Shown piece after piece: positions 30,843-31,702 of a stretch of 31,702 nt of DNA; within the stretch, counting starts at the first letter, position 1, and the number at the start of each line of letters is the position of its first letter. The stretch spans positions 1 through 31,702 of the forward strand of contig JBDRQI010000020.1 in the NCBI GenBank assembly GCA_043826355.1, written 5' to 3'. Origin of the DNA: Candidatus Omnitrophota bacterium (GTDB taxonomy: Bacteria > Ratteibacteria > UBA8468 > MWAK01). Both the position numbers and the translations under genes were made by a program. The notes beneath the pieces were generated by a model that saw nothing but the letters and a program-made list of their open reading frames with translations, was not told the origin of the DNA and made no database searches.

Positions 30843-30872
30843 ATTATAGCGCAAAACAGACCCTAAATTCAA
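30843..30872 (-). promoter_or_regulatory. Sigma-70 promoter of tRNA-Asp
   Basis: TTGAAT (30872-30867), 18 bp, TATAAT (30848-30843). Confidence 0.75.
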
Positions 30873-30979
30873 ATCCCAGCCGAGGAAATAGAGATGTAAA
30901 AGAACTCTATGGTGGTAAAATTGACAGGCAAGATTAAGACTGGCGTTTTGTTTCTAAGATACACAGGAAAAGAGAAGAC

Positions 30980-31048
30980 GAGATTGCCGCTCCCTATCTA
31001 GGACACTGGATAGGGGGAACCCGTACAAACCACGTTTCTCGCAATGAC
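30980..31048 (-). repeat. GTCATTGCGAG...GCAATCTC-type repeat with an internal hairpin
   Basis: The + strand reads GAGATTGCCGC ... CTCGCAATGAC and encloses CCCTATCTAG-GACA-CTGGATAGGG; only one copy in the window. Confidence 0.55.
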
Positions 31049-31134
31049 ATTGCACGGCATCCGCAATAAAGAGGTAATCCTCAGGCGTATGCTATTGTCG
31101 GGTTCTAACTCCTGGTTTCTATCCGGGTATTTAC

Positions 31135-31701
31135 CTAAAACCGGTATTTATTCAACTGCGCGGCCGTGCATTCCTCGTCTGTGCCGATGAGCATCGCCGG
31201 ATAACTGATTCCGCCCAGGCCCGAGGAATGGGTAACCCTGATTGCTATCCTGTTCCTGCTTCCCTGCTTCAGGTATCTCTTAACGTCAGAGCTGAGCGTC
31301 CGGCTTCCTTCGAAAGCAGGCTCGCCGTTGACATAGACCCATCCCCGTTCATTTACGCCGCGGAAATAAAGGTATAAGTGGTTCCAGCCGAACATATCCT
31401 CCGGTATCTCTATGTTCTGGAAATACCAGCCGTAGCCGTCGAACCCGGGAAACCCCTGCTGCTCCCAGCCAACCCCCCGGTTAATATGCAGCCGGGTAAG
31501 CCCCTTAAGTGACGCTTCCTCTCCCCTGAACTCATCGGCCTTCCTGAAGACCGCATCGTAGAATCTCTGGTTCGCATACCACTTCTCGCTCACGCCCTTG
31601 TCATCCGGGTCGGTGGTGAATATCCATTCGGCCGGCAGGTCGAGTTTTGGCAGGCGTGGGCTTTCCAGGTCAAGGCACGACTGCCACTTGGCAGTTATCT
31701 T
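31135..31701 (-). CDS. Partial gene: C-terminal sugar-binding (GH2-like jelly-roll) domain protein
   Basis: The frame is open to the window edge (KITAKWQ...LPAEWIFTTDPDDKGVSEKWY); motifs WEQQG..FDGYGWY, LYFRGVNE.GWVYVNG and NRIAIRV....GLGGI. Confidence 0.75.
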   Translation of the reverse strand, partial: KITAKWQSCLDLESPRLPKLDLPAEWIFTTDPDDKGVSEKWYANQRFYDAVFRKADEFRGEEASLKGLTRLHINRGVGWEQQGFPGFDGYGWYFQNIEIPEDMFGWNHLYLYFRGVNERGWVYVNGEPAFEGSRTLSSDVKRYLKQGSRNRIAIRVTHSSGLGGISYPAMLIGTDEECTAAQLNKYRF

Positions 31702-31702
31702 T

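Noticed and set aside
30754..31134. Integrative element at tRNA-Asp
   Set aside because: No integrase and no duplicated tRNA 3' end in the window.

Overview
This is a bacterial chromosomal window of mostly housekeeping genes. It contains lemA, a class V aminotransferase with serA, a probable 6S RNA, rny, a PIG-L deacetylase, and an ECF sigma/anti-sigma module with three exported or pilin-like genes. It continues with gyrBA, aroB, and a mixed minus-strand run (pta, ackA, hisB, a small membrane protein, a MraY/WecA-like gene, pyrF, an M16 peptidase, an ABC permease). The end holds an outer-membrane beta-barrel gene, groES-groEL, trpB2, tRNA-Asp and a partial sugar-binding protein. The gene content suggests a diderm PVC-related lineage such as Omnitrophota or Ratteibacteria (inference only). 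The most striking signal is non-coding. Most intergenic spacers carry short REP-like palindromes of several families, tagged GTCA or GTAG, and these nest inside one another. One ~30-nt hairpin is inserted into three unrelated REP hosts. A 99-bp composite element has been copied as a unit. A 51-nt REP doublet sits in frame inside pyrF, and three genes use the TAG of a REP's GTAG tag as their stop codon. Five near-consensus sigma-70 promoters all have an 18-bp spacer, and GyrA carries Leu at the Ser83-equivalent position. No transposase, integrase or CRISPR array is visible. All calls are by eye; no database searches were run.
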